A stretch of DNA of 64,000 bases, taken from NCBI RefSeq assembly GCF_006345805.1, contig NC_043022.1, positions 16,120,001 to 16,184,000 on the forward strand. Direction: 5' to 3'. The notes beneath the pieces are model-generated. The model saw only the letters and a list, made by a program, of their open reading frames with translations. It ran no database searches and was not told where the DNA came from. The DNA is from Octopus sinensis. Taxonomy: Eukaryota. Of the stretch, positions 63,010-64,000 are shown one piece after another (position 1 is the stretch's first letter; every line of letters starts with the position of its first letter). The position numbers and the translations under genes are program-made.

Positions 63010-63965
63010 TTATATGCACCATCTGTTTCAGCTGTCTCCCTGGGTCAACAGGCTGGTAAAAATGTGAGCTGAATGGTTTTTACAGGAGACTGGAAGTAAA
63101 GTAAAATTCTAGAACGTTTGAGAAAACATGCTGGTTGGTCTGTTAATAGATCAGTCATACGAAACTGTGGTAGTTTGCTCATGAGGTCTGACCGTGTATC
63201 CAGGGATTCGATTTTGAATTATTGCTATGTCAGTGTACATGTTCAACAGAATGTAAGTATCTTGGGAGAAAAGTTAGGCATAAAAGGCATCAGATGTTGT
63301 GTGCAAGAGAGATGGCTGCACTAATATGGTCATGTGATGTGTATGGATGAGGACAACTGTGTAAAGATGTGCCAATCTCTAACTGTAGAGGGAACCTGTG
63401 GTAGAGGTAGACCCAGGAAGACGTGGGATGAAGTGGTGATGCACAATCTTCGAACTTTGGACCTCACAGAGACAATGACTAGCGACCAAGACCTTTGGCA
63501 ATAGGCTGTGCTTGAGAAGACCCGTCAAGCCAAGTGAAATCGCAGTCATGGCTGATGTTGGTGTCACGTAACTGACACCCATGCTGGTGGCACGTAAAAA
63601 ACACCTTTTGAGCATTGGACCTCACGGAGGCAAAGTGGCTGAGCTCCTTTCAAGTGTTGGGTCTCATGGAGGCAATGACCAAGACCTTTGGCATTGTGTC
63701 ATGCTTGAGAAGAAGACCCATCAAGCTGAGCAAAATTGCAGTAGTGGCAGATACTGGTGTCATGTGAATGGCACCTGTGCCAGTGGCATGTTAAAGCACC
63801 CATTACACTCTTGGAGTGGTTGGTATTAGGAAGGGTGTCTAGCCATAGAAACCATGCCAAATCAGACTGGAGACTGGTGCAGCCTTCCATCTTGCCAGCC
63901 CCAGTCAAACCATCCAACCCATACCAACATTGGCAACAGAACTGTTAAATGATGATGATGATGCT
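63010..63965 (+). mobile_element. 5'-truncated RTE-clade LINE with decayed ORF C-terminus and 3' UTR
   Basis: LGEKLGIKGIRCCVQERWLH*YGHVMCMDEDNCVKMCQSLTVEGTCGRGRPRKTWDEVV...DLWQ*AVLEKTRQAK* (ends 63537) matches the RTE R.RWYGHV.R / RGRPRKTW motifs; (ATG)n tail. Confidence 0.9.
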
Positions 63966-64000
63966 ACAGCTGTATCATCTCATCTGTCACTCTTCCCCTT

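Overview
AT-rich eukaryotic genomic DNA with no long ORF and no host gene I can name. The repeat vocabulary points to a cephalopod, probably Octopus; this is inferred from remembered family features, not from a database search. That vocabulary is three tRNA-headed SINE families (called A, B and C here), RTE 3' ends with (ATG)n tails, CR1, RLE-type and Penelope-like retroelement relics, TTAA and hAT MITEs, and many microsatellites. The window reads as intronic or intergenic. Nearly all ORFs in the supplied track come from microsatellites or from SINE/LINE copies. Well-supported content: a Penelope GIY-YIG relic (6251-6525), a Naiad-like Penelope RT relic (13190-14140), a young CR1 3' end nested in a SINE (2296-2600), an RTE 3' ORF relic (63010-63965), MITEs with target-site duplications, and an apparently perfect 563-bp tandem duplication (56558-57689). 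Most interesting but unproven: (1) fold-back elements and decayed hammerhead-ribozyme-like cores apparently derived from Penelope termini; (2) a 27-bp minisatellite resembling the SINE CORE domain; (3) a SINE whose tail is an E-box palindrome; (4) closely spaced inverted retroposon pairs that could be ADAR substrates; (5) a phase-compatible three-exon minus-strand mini-gene candidate. I found no evidence for a clearly new biological system beyond these leads.
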